NCBI GenBank assembly: GCA_051294375.1
Contig: CM119268.1
Location: 15,156,172 to 15,220,171 of the forward strand
Direction of reading: 5' to 3'
DNA from: Paraspadella gotoi
Taxonomy: Eukaryota; Animalia; Chaetognatha
Length of the DNA: 64,000 nt
Shown here: positions 1 to 12,678 of the stretch, one piece after another
Numbering within the stretch: the first letter of the stretch is position 1
Layout: each line of letters begins with the position of its first letter
The notes under the pieces: generated by a model
What the model was told of the DNA's origin: nothing
Databases searched by the model: none
Seen by the model: the letters and a program-made list of their open reading frames with translations, nothing else
Made by a program: the position numbers and the translations under genes

Positions 1-1383
1 ATTGAGCACTTTTCCCGGTAAATAATGTAAAAAAAATTTAAGCAAATTTTATAACCATGCTATTATCCAGCAATTTTCTTCAGACCGTAATTTACGGAGA
101 TTATACTCCAAAAAATAAGCCCCAAAAAACGTTCCGATTTTCACCTCCTCTCCTTTCGAGAAGTTAGTTTTTTAGCATTCCGCCGTGGGCGTGCGAATTT
201 GGTGAGGCGAAACGAGTTGACAACGTTATTACTTTTTCATATTTGACGCCGCCTGCCGTCGCGAATCGGCTTTTCCTTCTCCCGTTTAATCGACAAAAGA
301 TTTCATAAAATGACAGACGTCGCTGTTCTGACTCGCGACGCTTTTTGTCTGAGCAAATATATTATTTAGGCGGTAACTGAATAACGGGGCTGGATAACGA
401 TCGATAAGACCATGCCAGTAGCTGCGTTGAATGAAAACAATAAAAATAAATGCTTTGTCATGATGAGTCCATGATTCTTAATTATGTTTATAACCTTATT
501 TTTTGTAAGTATGTGACGGGACATATTTGCGATCAACTTATAACTGAAAACTGAAAACTGAAAACACTCTCCTTCGTTGGATTTGATTCTCGAGGATAAC
601 AAGCACACACTCATTCAGACGATATTCTTGTTTGCTTAAATTTCTTATTGTCAAAGATTTAAAATCAGAGCCCCCGCTCCATAATCAAACATAATGAAAT
701 GAAATTAAATGAAGATGACCGGCAATGAAATAGTTTTAAGGTGTCGAGTAAATTACAAAGAAATAAGAAACATCGTTTCCTTGGAAGATGGCTTTCTTCT
801 TTGAAATCCTCTCAAAAAAACCTTTATCGCCTACGTCGACATTTCCTCGGATTTTCCACTATCCATCCCAGAGAAAATCTGGCGCACGCTCTTCCCGTTC
901 GAACGCTACTCGGCTTTCGATTTCCGGTCTTCTTAGACATCGCGGTTTCTCCGTCGCCGGAAAATCGTTTTACGGACGCCGAGAAAAGGGGACGAGAGGA
1001 GGAAGAGCGGAAGAGGAAAAAACTCTGGGCGTCAATTTTTTTTTCGGTAAAAGACGCCGACGCTGAAACGACGTCGCAAAAATAAAATAAAAAAGAAAAC
1101 AAAGAAAAAAAAAACCCGCGCGCCGTAGACTTTAAAAGGGGCGCCTCGTCCAGGGCGACGCGAAGAAGAGAATTACCTTTTCGCCGAGAGGGAGGCGTCG
1201 TTTTTTTCTTCATTTCTGGTTTTAAACTCACGTCTGCTTCTACGTAATTTTGAATTATTCTTCTTTTATTTAATTATTACTTGTGTACGACACGTGGCGG
1301 AAACATTTTGGGTAAGTTGTCTAGGGGAATATATAGCTATTGAATATATATTGAATGTCATCGTGATGATATTAATATTCTTA

Positions 1384-2102
1384 NNNNNNNNNNNNNNNNN
1401 NNNNNNNNNNNNNNNNNNNNNNNNNNNNNNNNNNNNNNNNNNNNNNNNNNNNNNNNNNNNNNNNNNNNNNNNNNNNNNNNNNNNNNNNNNNNNNNNNNNN
1501 NNNNNNNNNNNNNNNNNNNNNNNNNNNNNNNNNNNNNNNNNNNNNNNNNNNNNNNNNNNNNNNNNNNNNNNNNNNNNNNNNNNNNNNNNNNNNNNNNNNN
1601 NNNNNNNNNNNNNNNNNNNNNNNNNNNNNNNNNNNNNNNNNNNNNNNNNNNNNNNNNNNNNNNNNNNNNNNNNNNNNNNNNNNNNNNNNNNNNNNNNNNN
1701 NNNNNNNNNNNNNNNNNNNNNNNNNNNNNNNNNNNNNNNNNNNNNNNNNNNNNNNNNNNNNNNNNNNNNNNNNNNNNNNNNNNNNNNNNNNNNNNNNNNN
1801 NNNNNNNNNNNNNNNNNNNNNNNNNNNNNNNNNNNNNNNNNNNNNNNNNNNNNNNNNNNNNNNNNNNNNNNNNNNNNNNNNNNNNNNNNNNNNNNNNNNN
1901 NNNNNNNNNNNNNNNNNNNNNNNNNNNNNNNNNNNNNNNNNNNNNNNNNNNNNNNNNNNNNNNNNNNNNNNNNNNNNNNNNNNNNNNNNNNNNNNNNNNN
2001 NNNNNNNNNNNNNNNNNNNNNNNNNNNNNNNNNNNNNNNNNNNNNNNNNNNNNNNNNNNNNNNNNNNNNNNNNNNNNNNNNNNNNNNNNNNNNNNNNNNN
2101 NN
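1384..2102. other. Assembly gap; other gaps at 28210-28234, 29072-29231, 29882-30169, 31795-31819, 34344-35052, 36175-36531
   Basis: Runs of N. Two of them are exactly 25 N long. Confidence 0.99.
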
Positions 2103-2824
2103 CTATGAAGTTATAACATGTATATATAATATGTATGTATCAATATAGAAGATTCTAATCCTTTTCACACTTTCTTAAATGACCGACAAATTTTCTTTAT
2201 TTCTTTATAAACGAGACTATTTAGAATCTTATATCTGATACATACATATATATATATACATGTTATAACTTCATATAACTATACAGTATACACCTGTTTT
2301 CCCTTTCTGTTCTACCTCTGAACAAACTTTGCTGTAACTTATGCGTTACGAAATATTTAGCAAATGAATAATATTTTCTGCTAGATAATGGAGAAGAACT
2401 TTAAAGATAATAATTTGAATATAGTCTCAAAGATATTTTTCACTCAACACTATGCTAATTTAATATGAAAAAAGGGACCAAACATCAATGTTCTCGAATC
2501 ACTCATGTCGAAACTTCTCTTCTTTTTTTTTTCTTGGTCCGTTGAATTCATTTTTTTCGGCCGACAAATATTGAATTTCTTTCTCCGCGAACGAAGATCG
2601 TTTCTCACGCCGGAAAAACTCTGTGACATGCTCGACCAAACGCGGCGCTGACGTGAACCGCATTTAACTTTTCCTTCGCTCATTGAAAATGACTGACAAG
2701 CTCAACCTCACGTTTTAGTGGTTGGATTGGTTGCCGTTGTAGTTGCTGAAGGACTCTATCTTGTCTCTTCTGATTCATTGCAATTTTCCGTAGTTTAAAA
2801 CATATTTAATTCATATATATTTGA

Positions 2825-3040
2825 GGTTAAGGCGCTAAGTGGGCTGAAGATGACTATCCGTAACTTCTATAACCCCCTCTAGCAGCCATGGAACGGGTCC
2901 TGGGCTTGAGGGTTTTTCCACGCCCACAAGGAGTGCTTACGGCCGTCCTACGGACTTCCCGAAGGGTAGGTACCGGGTGTGATTGAACCCGGTACCTTGT
3001 GGTCATGAGCTGATGGCTTTACTCAATGAGCCACCGAGTC
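2825..3040 (-). mobile_element. tRNA-derived SINE-like element just upstream of the FoxB start codon
   Basis: The minus strand begins GACTCGGTGGCTCATTGAGTAAAGC (A-box-like) and contains GGGTTCAATC (B-box-like) at tRNA spacing. A ~150-nt GC-balanced body follows, set in AT-rich flanks. There is a perfect 10-bp inverted repeat GGTACCGGGT/ACCCGGTACC at 2969-2996. No complete cloverleaf; the 3' boundary is approximate. Confidence 0.6.
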
Positions 3041-3202
3041 ACGACTGAAGGTGTCATTGCTTAGAGGCGGGGTGAACTTTGCTATGCCCCGACTACATAT
3101 TCATTAATAAATAATTATATGTAAATACGTGGCTAAACCCCAATCTCAACATCATTATTCTAAAATTTAAACAATTATTTTGACCAATCATCTGCAGGAA
3201 AA

Positions 3203-6200
3203 ATGCCACGACCAACGAGGGATTCGTATCCGATCAGAAAACCACCCTATTCCTACATCAGGTTTGCGGAAAGATGAGAGGAATAAGAAGGAAAGGGGAG
3301 AGGGCCACAGTGATCAAAAAAAAATTAAACCGGATAAAAGCCACCTGAACATACGGGCATAAATGCATCATTCAGTCTTTCCATAGTAATAGGTACAAAG
3401 TCTTATGTTAAGATAACAGTTTCCAAAAATTATTCTTTCTCAAGTTATAAGCAAATCTCTATTTCGGGTGAGTCCTTGAGAGGTTTGTTTCACCCAGATG
3501 GGAGGAAGAGAAAAATTATTTGACTTTGTTATGATTAAAGCTCTTTGTCTAGTTTGTTAACAAATAAAAAGAAGATTATTATACTATGTCACTATGTATG
3601 ATATGAAAAACATAGTAAAAACTCATCGAATTTCAACCGATTTCAATCAACCAGATTTAGTTCCTAATGATACATCTTATACTAATCAGTTATTAATTAA
3701 ATCTCATCCGCATTTTGTCCGCCCTTTTGAGAAATTTAAAAATGCTTTTCATTCCAAAAATAATAAAAAGAATTCGATATTTTTCAGAAATTACCATATG
3801 ATTCTTTTCTTTGACCGATTTCCGATATTAATTTGCTTAACGCACTTTTAAAAGATTAAATTAATGATTTTATATTAGCAAATATACACCTATTACTTAT
3901 AATATAATAAAGATAAAAAATATTAAGTTAGGTCAATTTTTTTTTAATATCAAAATTATAAATCAAAAGTTGTTCAACTACCATAAATGATTCCTATTAA
4001 GAACCAAATTTGGCGGTAAATGAATTTTTTCTCCATATTTTTTCAAATCCCTTTTTATTATCTGAAACATTTCTAACAACCTCAGGAGGCATCTATGATA
4101 ATCAGCATACAAGAAAAAGTTGTTTTGCCAAAAAGAGAGGTTTATCCGGAAATTAAGGCCATTTGGATCACTGTGGGGGGGGCGGGGAGATGAGAGGGGG
4201 TGGGGGGTGGGAAGAAAGGTAAATTAACTTTTTTTTTTCTCGATTAATTTTAGTTTGACTGCGATGGCGATTCAGTCTTCCTCGCAGAAGATGCTTCCCT
4301 TGTCCGACATTTACAAATTCATAATGGAGAGATTTCCTTACTACAAGAAAAACACGCAACGTTGGCAGAACTCGTTGAGGTTAGTGAGACAAAAATGTTG
4401 CCATGCTCTCCCCAAATGTCGCTAATTACGACTATTTATCATTTTCATTTAAAATTTTTTTCAATTACGTAATACTCATAGACATAACCTGAGCTTCAAC
4501 GACTGCTTCATCAAAATCCCGCGGAAGCCCGATTGCCCTGGAAAGGGATCCTTTTGGGCGTTGCATCCCAACTGCGGCAACATGTTCGAAAACGGGAGTT
4601 TTCTGCGCCGACGTAAAAGGTTTAAACTAAACGGGGGATTCTTCAAGAAAGAGCTGGCGCAAGAAAGGTTTGCTTTCTGCGGATCTGGGTTGATGTTGCA
4701 AATATACAATTTTCAGTGCTACTTAACAAACATTTAAATCATCCTACAGATTTTCCTCTGCGGCTGCTGCTGCTGCAGCGACGGCGGCGAGAGCAAACTT
4801 AGTCGACAAAGAGGCGGGAACCGGAACGCGACCAACAAGTTCAAGTAGGTCGTCTTTGGCAATGCTTCCATTGTTTCCTCGTTTCTTCAGAAGATATCGA
4901 AAACTCTAACCCCCTTTTGATTTTACAGTTCGTTTGGTCGGGAATTCATCTGGAAGACTCTCCAACTTTCCTTCAACACTCAAAACTTCCAAGTCGCCCT
5001 GGCCACACAAGGACGTCCTCCCCGGTGACCAAGACTGCGCGTTCGGAGACCCGCAGCGGTTCGTCAACTCGGCGTCTGCGACGGCGGCGGCGGCGGCGAC
5101 GGATCTCGACGGAGTCAAGGCGTCTGTTTGTATCGGGTGAGTTAAATGTTACGGCGATTTTGTTTTTCTATGCCTACTGATTTTTTAATTTGGCATTATA
5201 CTTATTAATTATTATACTTACTATATTCGTGTTGCTCTTCTTAAGGTACGAAAAGTTTTACGTGGCCGACTTCATGAGACGCTTCGTCGACGCCGAGGTG
5301 GATGTCGGCAGGCGCGTCGGCAGCATCGGCAGCATCGGCAGTGTCGGCAGGAGCGTTGGCAGCGGAGGAAGAAAAGAGGACAGGGGAGGAAGCGTGGGTG
5401 GAGTTGGTGTGGATGTCCAGGACATGGTCAGGGAAGAAGCCAAGGCCCACGCCGCGCTCAATTGGCTAAGGTAAGTTTGAAGGTTATTGTTGTTGAAACT
5501 ATTGTCATTGTTTTCTTTTATACTATTGATGTAGAATATGATACAGCTAGGGATTTTTTTTTTATTTCAATATTCATTTCACTTTAGATTATCTTTAACA
5601 AATTTTTGGTCCAATCAGCCACGCAAGACTCGGTCTTAAACCCGATTGGATGGACTTGTCGCATTTCCAGCCCGCTCCCAACCAATCATCCTTTCGCTCT
5701 GTATCGGATTTGCCATCATCCTTACGATCATTTCCTGACATACCCTCCTCACTTTTATCGGTGCAAGACCTGCCATGTTCTCTGCGCTCCATTCAAGATC
5801 TGCCATCCTATTTACGATCCGTTCGAGATTTGCCGTCTTACTCAAATCCAGATATGCCATCTTCGCTGAGTTCTATTCATGACCTGCTGCCGTTTTCTCG
5901 TCTATCTCCTGCCTCGACAGAAGTCCCTTCATTCTTTTCGCCGTTGTTGTCTGGTCAGGCTGAGAAGAGCAGGTGGCACCAGTCGATGTATTACGTAAAT
6001 AGGCAATCAGGTGCGCGAAAATGGTGGCTACTACCTGTCATTTTATTTGGTGCTAGTACAAGTACTACATATAAATATTTACTACTAGTAGCATAAACTT
6101 TTTTTCTTTTCATTAACAGTCGTTCGCAAATCGTTTTCAATTGACGCCATTTTATCGAAGCCGCCAACCAAGAGTTTACCCCTTCGTCCTCTCGGGGTTC

Positions 6201-6328
6201 TAGCGTCACCTTCTCCTCAGGTGGCGCATGCGGCGCCGACGTCGGGCGACAGAGCGGCGTCAGCCGATTTTGATCTACTCCATAAAGATTCGCCCACGAA
6301 ATTCCTTCGTTTTAAGAAATCAGACTGA
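3203..6328 (+). CDS. FoxB: Forkhead box B transcription factor, 8 coding exons, ~499 aa
   Basis: Exons 3203-3261, 4254-4379, 4482-4667, 4750-4844, 4929-5136, 5246-5470, 5619-6010, 6120-6328, all GT-AG and phase-consistent. Exons 1-3 give [107 protein letters not shown], which is the FoxB-class forkhead domain. The last exon has an eh1 (Groucho-binding) motif FSIDAIL. Exons 4-8 are less certain than exons 1-3. Confidence 0.92.
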
Positions 6329-6806
6329 CTGGCAAGTGGTAACTGGTAACTGACGCCTCTGAATGGCGGCAACAATTTTAACGATATCTCTACTTTGATA
6401 AATTCTAATTAATTTTTTTTAAACAAAATTGTTTTTTCACCGTATTTTGTTATTTATGGTCATTGAATGAAAATTAATGATTTGGTAATTAATGTTATGT
6501 TTTTTAAAATGTGATTACTCTTTGAATTCCGAACTTTTGAAAATATTATTTATTAATGGCTCTGTGGTTTATTAATAATAAAATATAATTTGTGTATTTG
6601 GGAGTTAGTGAGGCGTTTATTTTATTTCGTAATTTTTTTTAGGAAAGAAGAAATAAATATTTCTATTGCCAGTCAATACATAAAACGTAGATAATAGTTA
6701 TTATATTGAATTTTTTTGAGTTTTTAAGTTCTAAGACTTTTCCATATCACTAAAAATAATGCTCATTCAGGCCAAAACAAAGCAAGGTATTGATTGCTAT
6801 AATAGA

Positions 6807-9800
6807 CTAAAAAGCTGTCATTTTCATTTCTATACCCGAGGGTGAGCCTGGAGCCACGCCCGAGGACAAAGTCCCTGGTTGGCTCGAAGATTCAGACGTC
6901 GATTTTTGAAAGAGCGGAACCAATCTGCGACAGCCCATCATTTCTAAACATTTCTGAAAGAACAAATATACTGTTTCGGCGCAAGTAATACAAGTTTCCA
7001 AGAATTCATACCTTTCTGAAGCTGTTGGAAGTGAGAAGATATAAGAAAAAATTAACTGAGCAATTAAGAATCAATCCCAGAGTCGCATAAGTGGTAGTTT
7101 TCTCTTCAGTCACTCCTGAAACAGAAAAAAAAACCTTTCAATTGTAACTCTTATTTGTGATAAGCTGTTAGCCATGCATTCATTCTTAAAAATATAGAAA
7201 AACTTGTTTTACCATTTTCGTTTATTTTAATATTGTCGCTGTAGCAGAGAGTTTCATTTATAATTTTTTCAACCTAAAAACAAAAAAATCAAAAGTTGAA
7301 TAATCATTCTTCCTGGCTCTTTAAGTTTTCCATCAACCATGAAAAATTTAGTTTTCAGAAAAAATCAATCCTGATTATTTTCGTTTTATTTTAAATCACT
7401 TTACTTTTATGTATAGATTGTCTAACAATGTCTAATTCAATTTTTTAGATAAATTTATGTTTGTTCAAGGGATCATCATAATGGAGATTTTTGAAGATAC
7501 TATACTTACTTCCGTACACTCATTATTGTTAAATTGGCAGGAGCAAAAATTCTTAAGACATTCCCTTATATCACAACTGGCAATATGATGGCTGGTAGCA
7601 TAGCCCTAGAGTTCATAATAAAAAAATGAATTCTTCCTCAAGTGTACGACACAAATGTTTAACTTTACTTTATGAATGATGAAAGGAATATGCAGAACAA
7701 GATAAACCCAAGCAATAATAGAGCACATTATTGTCATGCTTTTTGTAGAATCTTCCCTTGAGTTCGCCCCTAAAAAAGCAAAAGAATTGACAAAGAAAAT
7801 TGACAAAGAAAATTCAAGTGCTCTTTGGCAGAAAGTAATAAAAGAAGAGAAAATTAAATTCTTATTCTTGTTATATTAAGCCGAGTTGATTCTTATTTAT
7901 TATTATTTTTTAATAAACTATGACAACAATAGGAGAAAAATATGAACTTACCAACAGATGACAGTGTAGAGTGAATATCCCTAAGCTTAATAACGATGTA
8001 AACGTTTATGCTTAATAGAAGAGAAGCTGGAAGGAGAATATTTGCGGCCAAATCGAAGAAAGTGGAATAGCCCCAGAGATATCTGATAATTTGATAATAT
8101 CATATTAAAATTCAAAAATTTCTTCTAAATGGTTTTGCGGATGAGAAAGAAATTAATAATGTCAGGATATCAAAATACACATTAAGCCTAAATCAATTTT
8201 ATTATTACATTCTATCCAAAAAAATATTTTTATAACTTTATGAATTTACTATATAATGCTTTAATACTTTCAAGTTTTAAACTACCATCCTTAAAATTAT
8301 AGTTTCGGATATTTCAATACGTTTTCTCGCAAGCTTTTTCGGAGAGAGAAATGGTGATGCTCGAGACGGGTTTCAACCCTTCATAAATTTGACATATATC
8401 GTAGTCAAAATGCAAAATGACCGGCAAGTTGAGCAGCACGGACAATATTCCGAGCAAGATCAATGCCGTGATTCCCTGGTAGAAAAAAACTCATGTTCCA
8501 GAATTGTATTAATGTCATTTTTTTTTATTAACGACAATAGACCTTTCTGAATCGCTTTTGGATTACTCCACTTTGAGGCATTTTGAAATGCGTAGCATCT
8601 CTGATGACGATCCAACTGTTCAACGATAAAATAACTATAAGCCATCGGTTAAACGTCATCGTTATCGCTTGAAACGGCGTAATCCTGTTAAAAATCGTAA
8701 TTTTAAAAATTGTACTCAACTTTTTTTGGCTGAATAACTTGAATTTACCAGTAGAAATTGAATCGCATGAATTGTTGGTACGGATGTCCGTGAGAATCGA
8801 AAATGTAGTTGAAAGAGTCGGACATAACGTAGTTGAGAATTTCTATGATGTCCGAAACGGCGATGGCTGACATCAGCACTCGAATTAATTGATTCTTCTT
8901 GTTTATTTTTTGCAAAATGACGAGAGTGAGTATATTAAAGGTGATACCTACGATTGAAAATCGGCACTGATTACTAGAAATAGAGCTCTCGAGAACAAAA
9001 TTTATATTTGAGATATGTTACAATGATAATTATATCTGGAGTGGTATAATTATGAAGTATAAGAAAAAATTTGATATAAAAATTTCAAACTTTTTCTAAA
9101 TTTATAGGTTCAAAGCTTCAAATAAATATTGTAACATCTCTCAATCTTTTCATCGCTCCACCGTACTGATTAGAGTTGAGGAATATCACTACTTTTTGGT
9201 TTCATGAAACTATTAAGAACTATCAGTCCACTATTTCATTTTCTTCTTGTACCACTAGTGTGTACTGTGTAAATGAGCGTAGTGAAAGTTTCGTACGGAA
9301 ATTCTAAAAGTCAATTATGAACAACATTCATTCAGTGAACATTAATTTGTAAAAAAAATTAATTTTATGTTTTTTAATTTTCGCAGTTCAAAATAGGCTT
9401 TTCTTAATTTTGATTGCAGATTTGAATTCCTTGTCAAAAATTGATAAAAGAAAATAAAAATCATTTTTAAAAATTCTTTCATTAAGTGGGTTAAAAATTA
9501 AAAAAACTATATTTAATATATAAAAAGTTAATTTACAGCTTAAAAAATAGCTTTTTCGAATTTTTGTCCCACATAATGAAGGAATTTTTGAAAAAGAGTT
9601 ATATTCTTTCTATCAACTTTTTATGACGAATCCAAATCTGCAAAAAAAAAAACTTAGAAAAAACTGTTTTGAAATTTTAACATTTATTGGATTAGTACTA
9701 GTATAAATATGGCCTACTGCGTAAATTGTAAAATTTATTATGAATTTTTTTATACATAAATGTTTATTGGTATAATGTTGTTCGTTCCTCACTTTTAGAA

Positions 9801-10109
9801 TTTTAATTAAAGTTAAATTTAGAAATTTTAATACGCTTTACTGTGTAAGGCTTATTTCGTAACAGAATAAAATGTAAGTTTTTTAAATGAAAGTCGATTT
9901 TTCAGTCTGCCAGTTGATTTGCTAATACAATTAAAAACACAAGATTTATATATAGCCATTATATAGAATTATTTTTAGTTACCTATTATTCCTATTGTCA
10001 GCACGATGTGGCTGAACAATTCGGTTCCTTGGGTATTGCCAGTAACAAAATCGCATTCATTTTGTTTCGGTTTAACATAGGTTCCATTTGAACAATAATT
10101 TCGCGGCAT
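6807..10109 (-). CDS. Orphan rhodopsin-like (class A) GPCR, FMRFamide-receptor/srw-like group, 10 exons, ~420 aa
   Basis: Exons 10109-9983, 8947-8749, 8684-8543, 8475-8321, 8082-7952, 7769-7669, 7605-7510, 7273-7213, 7115-7012, 6953-6807, all GT-AG and phase-consistent. TM1 IGIIGITFNILTLVIL, TM2 MSAIAVSD, TM3 WLIVILSLNSW, TM4 LLNLP, TM5 LLPASLLLSINVYIVIKLR, TM6 TIMCSIIAWVYLVLHIP, TM7 LNCSVNFFLYLLTSNSFRK. The N-terminus carries an NGT sequon. The start codon is inferred from an upstream in-frame stop. Confidence 0.88.
9268..9845. mobile_element. Imperfect ~580-bp palindrome (foldback/MITE-like) in GPCR intron 1
   Basis: The arms match as reverse complements. Examples: ATTCTAAAAGT..GAACAACATT (9301-) vs AATGTTGTTC..ACTTTTAGAAT (~9775-9801), and TTGCAGATTTGAATTC vs GAATCCAAATCTGCAA. 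The centre is near 9525. Ends and TSD not resolved. Confidence 0.7.
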
Positions 10110-11406
10110 TTTTCTCGTTGGAGATAATCCAAAAAAGGCATCGAAAGAAATGCGGGCGAAGTTTTGCTCATAACGGAGGGTTTAGCTGCTGGTTAATAAA
10201 ATGGTTATAAACAAGTTTTTTTTTTCGATTATAGACGAAACATAATCCGCCATTAAATTTAAAAAGTTATTTTATTGAAAATACTTTCAAAACCCCATCT
10301 TTAATAAAAATCTGCGAGATAATTTTTTTACAATATACTTATTAATGCATTGGGTCAATAATAAATATTTGATTAGAAAGAGGACACTAAAAATGCTATA
10401 TATTTATTTTTCAGATATAAATTTTAAGTTTTACAAAAAAACTTTTAAATGAACTCAAAATTTTGGGGCATTTTAAAACATCAAAGCAAGAGAACCAACA
10501 TTTTTTTAGAACAAATTTCGAGCTTCAAGTTGCGTTTCTCTTCATTTCGGCAGTTGCTTTTTGTTTAGATATATAAGGATTTGAACGACCTCTCTAGTTT
10601 CTGTTCTTTTTCTTCAAATAAAAAAAATGGAAATTTTGGAAATTAATTAATTTCTATCTCTAAATCCTTTTCAAGCAATTTTAGTAGTTTTTGAATTTTT
10701 TTCAAATGAATTGTTTAATTCTGGGTTGATAGGACTAAATGTCGATTTAGCAAAGAATTTAGTTAAATGAATGTTGTACAACACTGCAAATATTGCATTT
10801 AATGGATATGGTGGCCTGAGACCTGGGAAGGGGAAACAGTACTTAAGTCGCCAGATGGATTCATTATCCTTGTTTTGTTCATAACTAAAACAGCATAACG
10901 AAATAACCAAGAAAAAAAGACTTAAAGAAACTTAAAGATTTAATGAGACTTAAAGAAAAGGCTAAACAAAAAACGCCATAAAAATAAAAGACTCGGGTTG
11001 TACAAAAATAAAGAAAATAAAAAATATGAATTAAAACTACTAAGTCTCAGAAATAGGTTGAGATTCGCCTGATTAACGAATCAGGAAAAAGGAAGTATTG
11101 TTGAGAATAATATCCTAAAAGAAAAATTCCACCAATCAAAAAGCTATAATCGTGAATGATGACGACTTCAAGAGATGATTTTGGCCAACCAGCGTATTGT
11201 ATTTCAGAATCACGCTGGCTATTGGAGAGAAAAAAAAGAGTACTGCGTCTATGGCGAGAGTTAATTGGCAGTTGAAAGCTACTCGACTTTTTGATTGGTG
11301 GTTGCGACGTCAAGAACTTAAAGTCTCAGTTTCTTTTTTGCCTGCTCGCCTGCTGAAATTCAGGGCATATGAGAACCTCGGGTGTCTGCAAACTAGAGTG
11401 AAACGA

Positions 11407-11443
11407 TCTCTCTTTCTCTCTCTCTTTCTTTCTCTCTTTATTT

Positions 11444-11511
<68 letters not shown>

Positions 11512-11515
11512 TATT

Positions 11516-11582
<67 letters not shown>

Positions 11583-11583
11583 C
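11407..11583. repeat. (TTTC)n microsatellite; similar arrays at ~17980-18070 and ~33790-34005
   Basis: Directly visible tandem TTTC. It produces the spurious SFFL-repeat ORFs. Confidence 0.95.
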
Positions 11584-11818
11584 ATTTTTGAATTTGGAGA
11601 GTGTCAGTAAAATCTAAAAATTCGGTTGTAAAACTTTAAACAAATAATGTTATTTTTGAAATATTCGTATATTTTTTAATGACCTTGAGAATAAATTCAA
11701 TAAATTCATGTATTTTTCAAAGAAAGATTCATCAAACATTAGGTTGCTTTCACGAGAGTTACGTACAAAGAAAAAATAAGAAAGGGAGAAGAAGAGAGAA
11801 AGAGAGAGCGAAATAGCC

Positions 11819-11850
<32 letters not shown>

Positions 11851-11917
11851 CGCTTTTGTGATTGGCTGGCCAACAACTTAGCGGCGGAGTGAGAGAAAAA
11901 GAGGAAGAGAGAGAGAA

Positions 11918-11990
<73 letters not shown>

Positions 11991-12174
11991 ACGGCAACGT
12001 TTCTTTTCTATAGAATGAATGCTGAGTCGAGTTGGGGATGCTTGCTTTCTCTCGCTCCTTCCTGCACGGAAAATGTGCATGTTCTCAATTTGACTTTGTT
12101 CCTTTTCTCTCTTCGTTAGTGTTTGTACAAATGTACTTATCAGTCTACTTGCCTTCCTCCTTAAAGTATTTTTA

Positions 12175-12261
<87 letters not shown>

Positions 12262-12610
12262 CTCTCCTCTCTCCCTCTCCATCTTTCCTGGCGTGTCCAC
12301 CCTATCCTCTCTATCGTAATAACCACCGATGTATTAAAAAAAGTCCTCATCTTCTTCCGCCTCGTGCGACGACGGTTCCAGCGACACACGAGTCTCCGCC
12401 GACTGGAAGAAAAAAGAAAGAAAGAAAAAGAAAAGAATCATCTGTTCCTTCCTTTTTTCCTTCGCTCTCAAAATCGCTCGACTCTCTCTCTCTCTCCCTT
12501 TGTCTAACCGAACATCTTTTTCGTCCTTTTTTTTTTATTCGGGCTTTTAAAAAATCAGCTGTAGAGGCGAAAGCCCATTTAAAAAAAAAACGAGAGTCTG
12601 CACCGCAATC

Positions 12611-12678
<68 letters not shown>

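Noticed and set aside
1294-2148. Long ORFs containing X runs (also at 28.9-30.3, 34.3-35.2 and 36.1-36.7 kb)
   Set aside because: They are open only because they cross N gaps.
2869-2917. Resemblance to the T7 terminator (ATAACCCC...AACGGGTC...TTGAGGGTTTTT)
   Set aside because: The blocks are separated by non-matching sequence, no vector flanks are present, and it lies inside the SINE body. Treated as chance.
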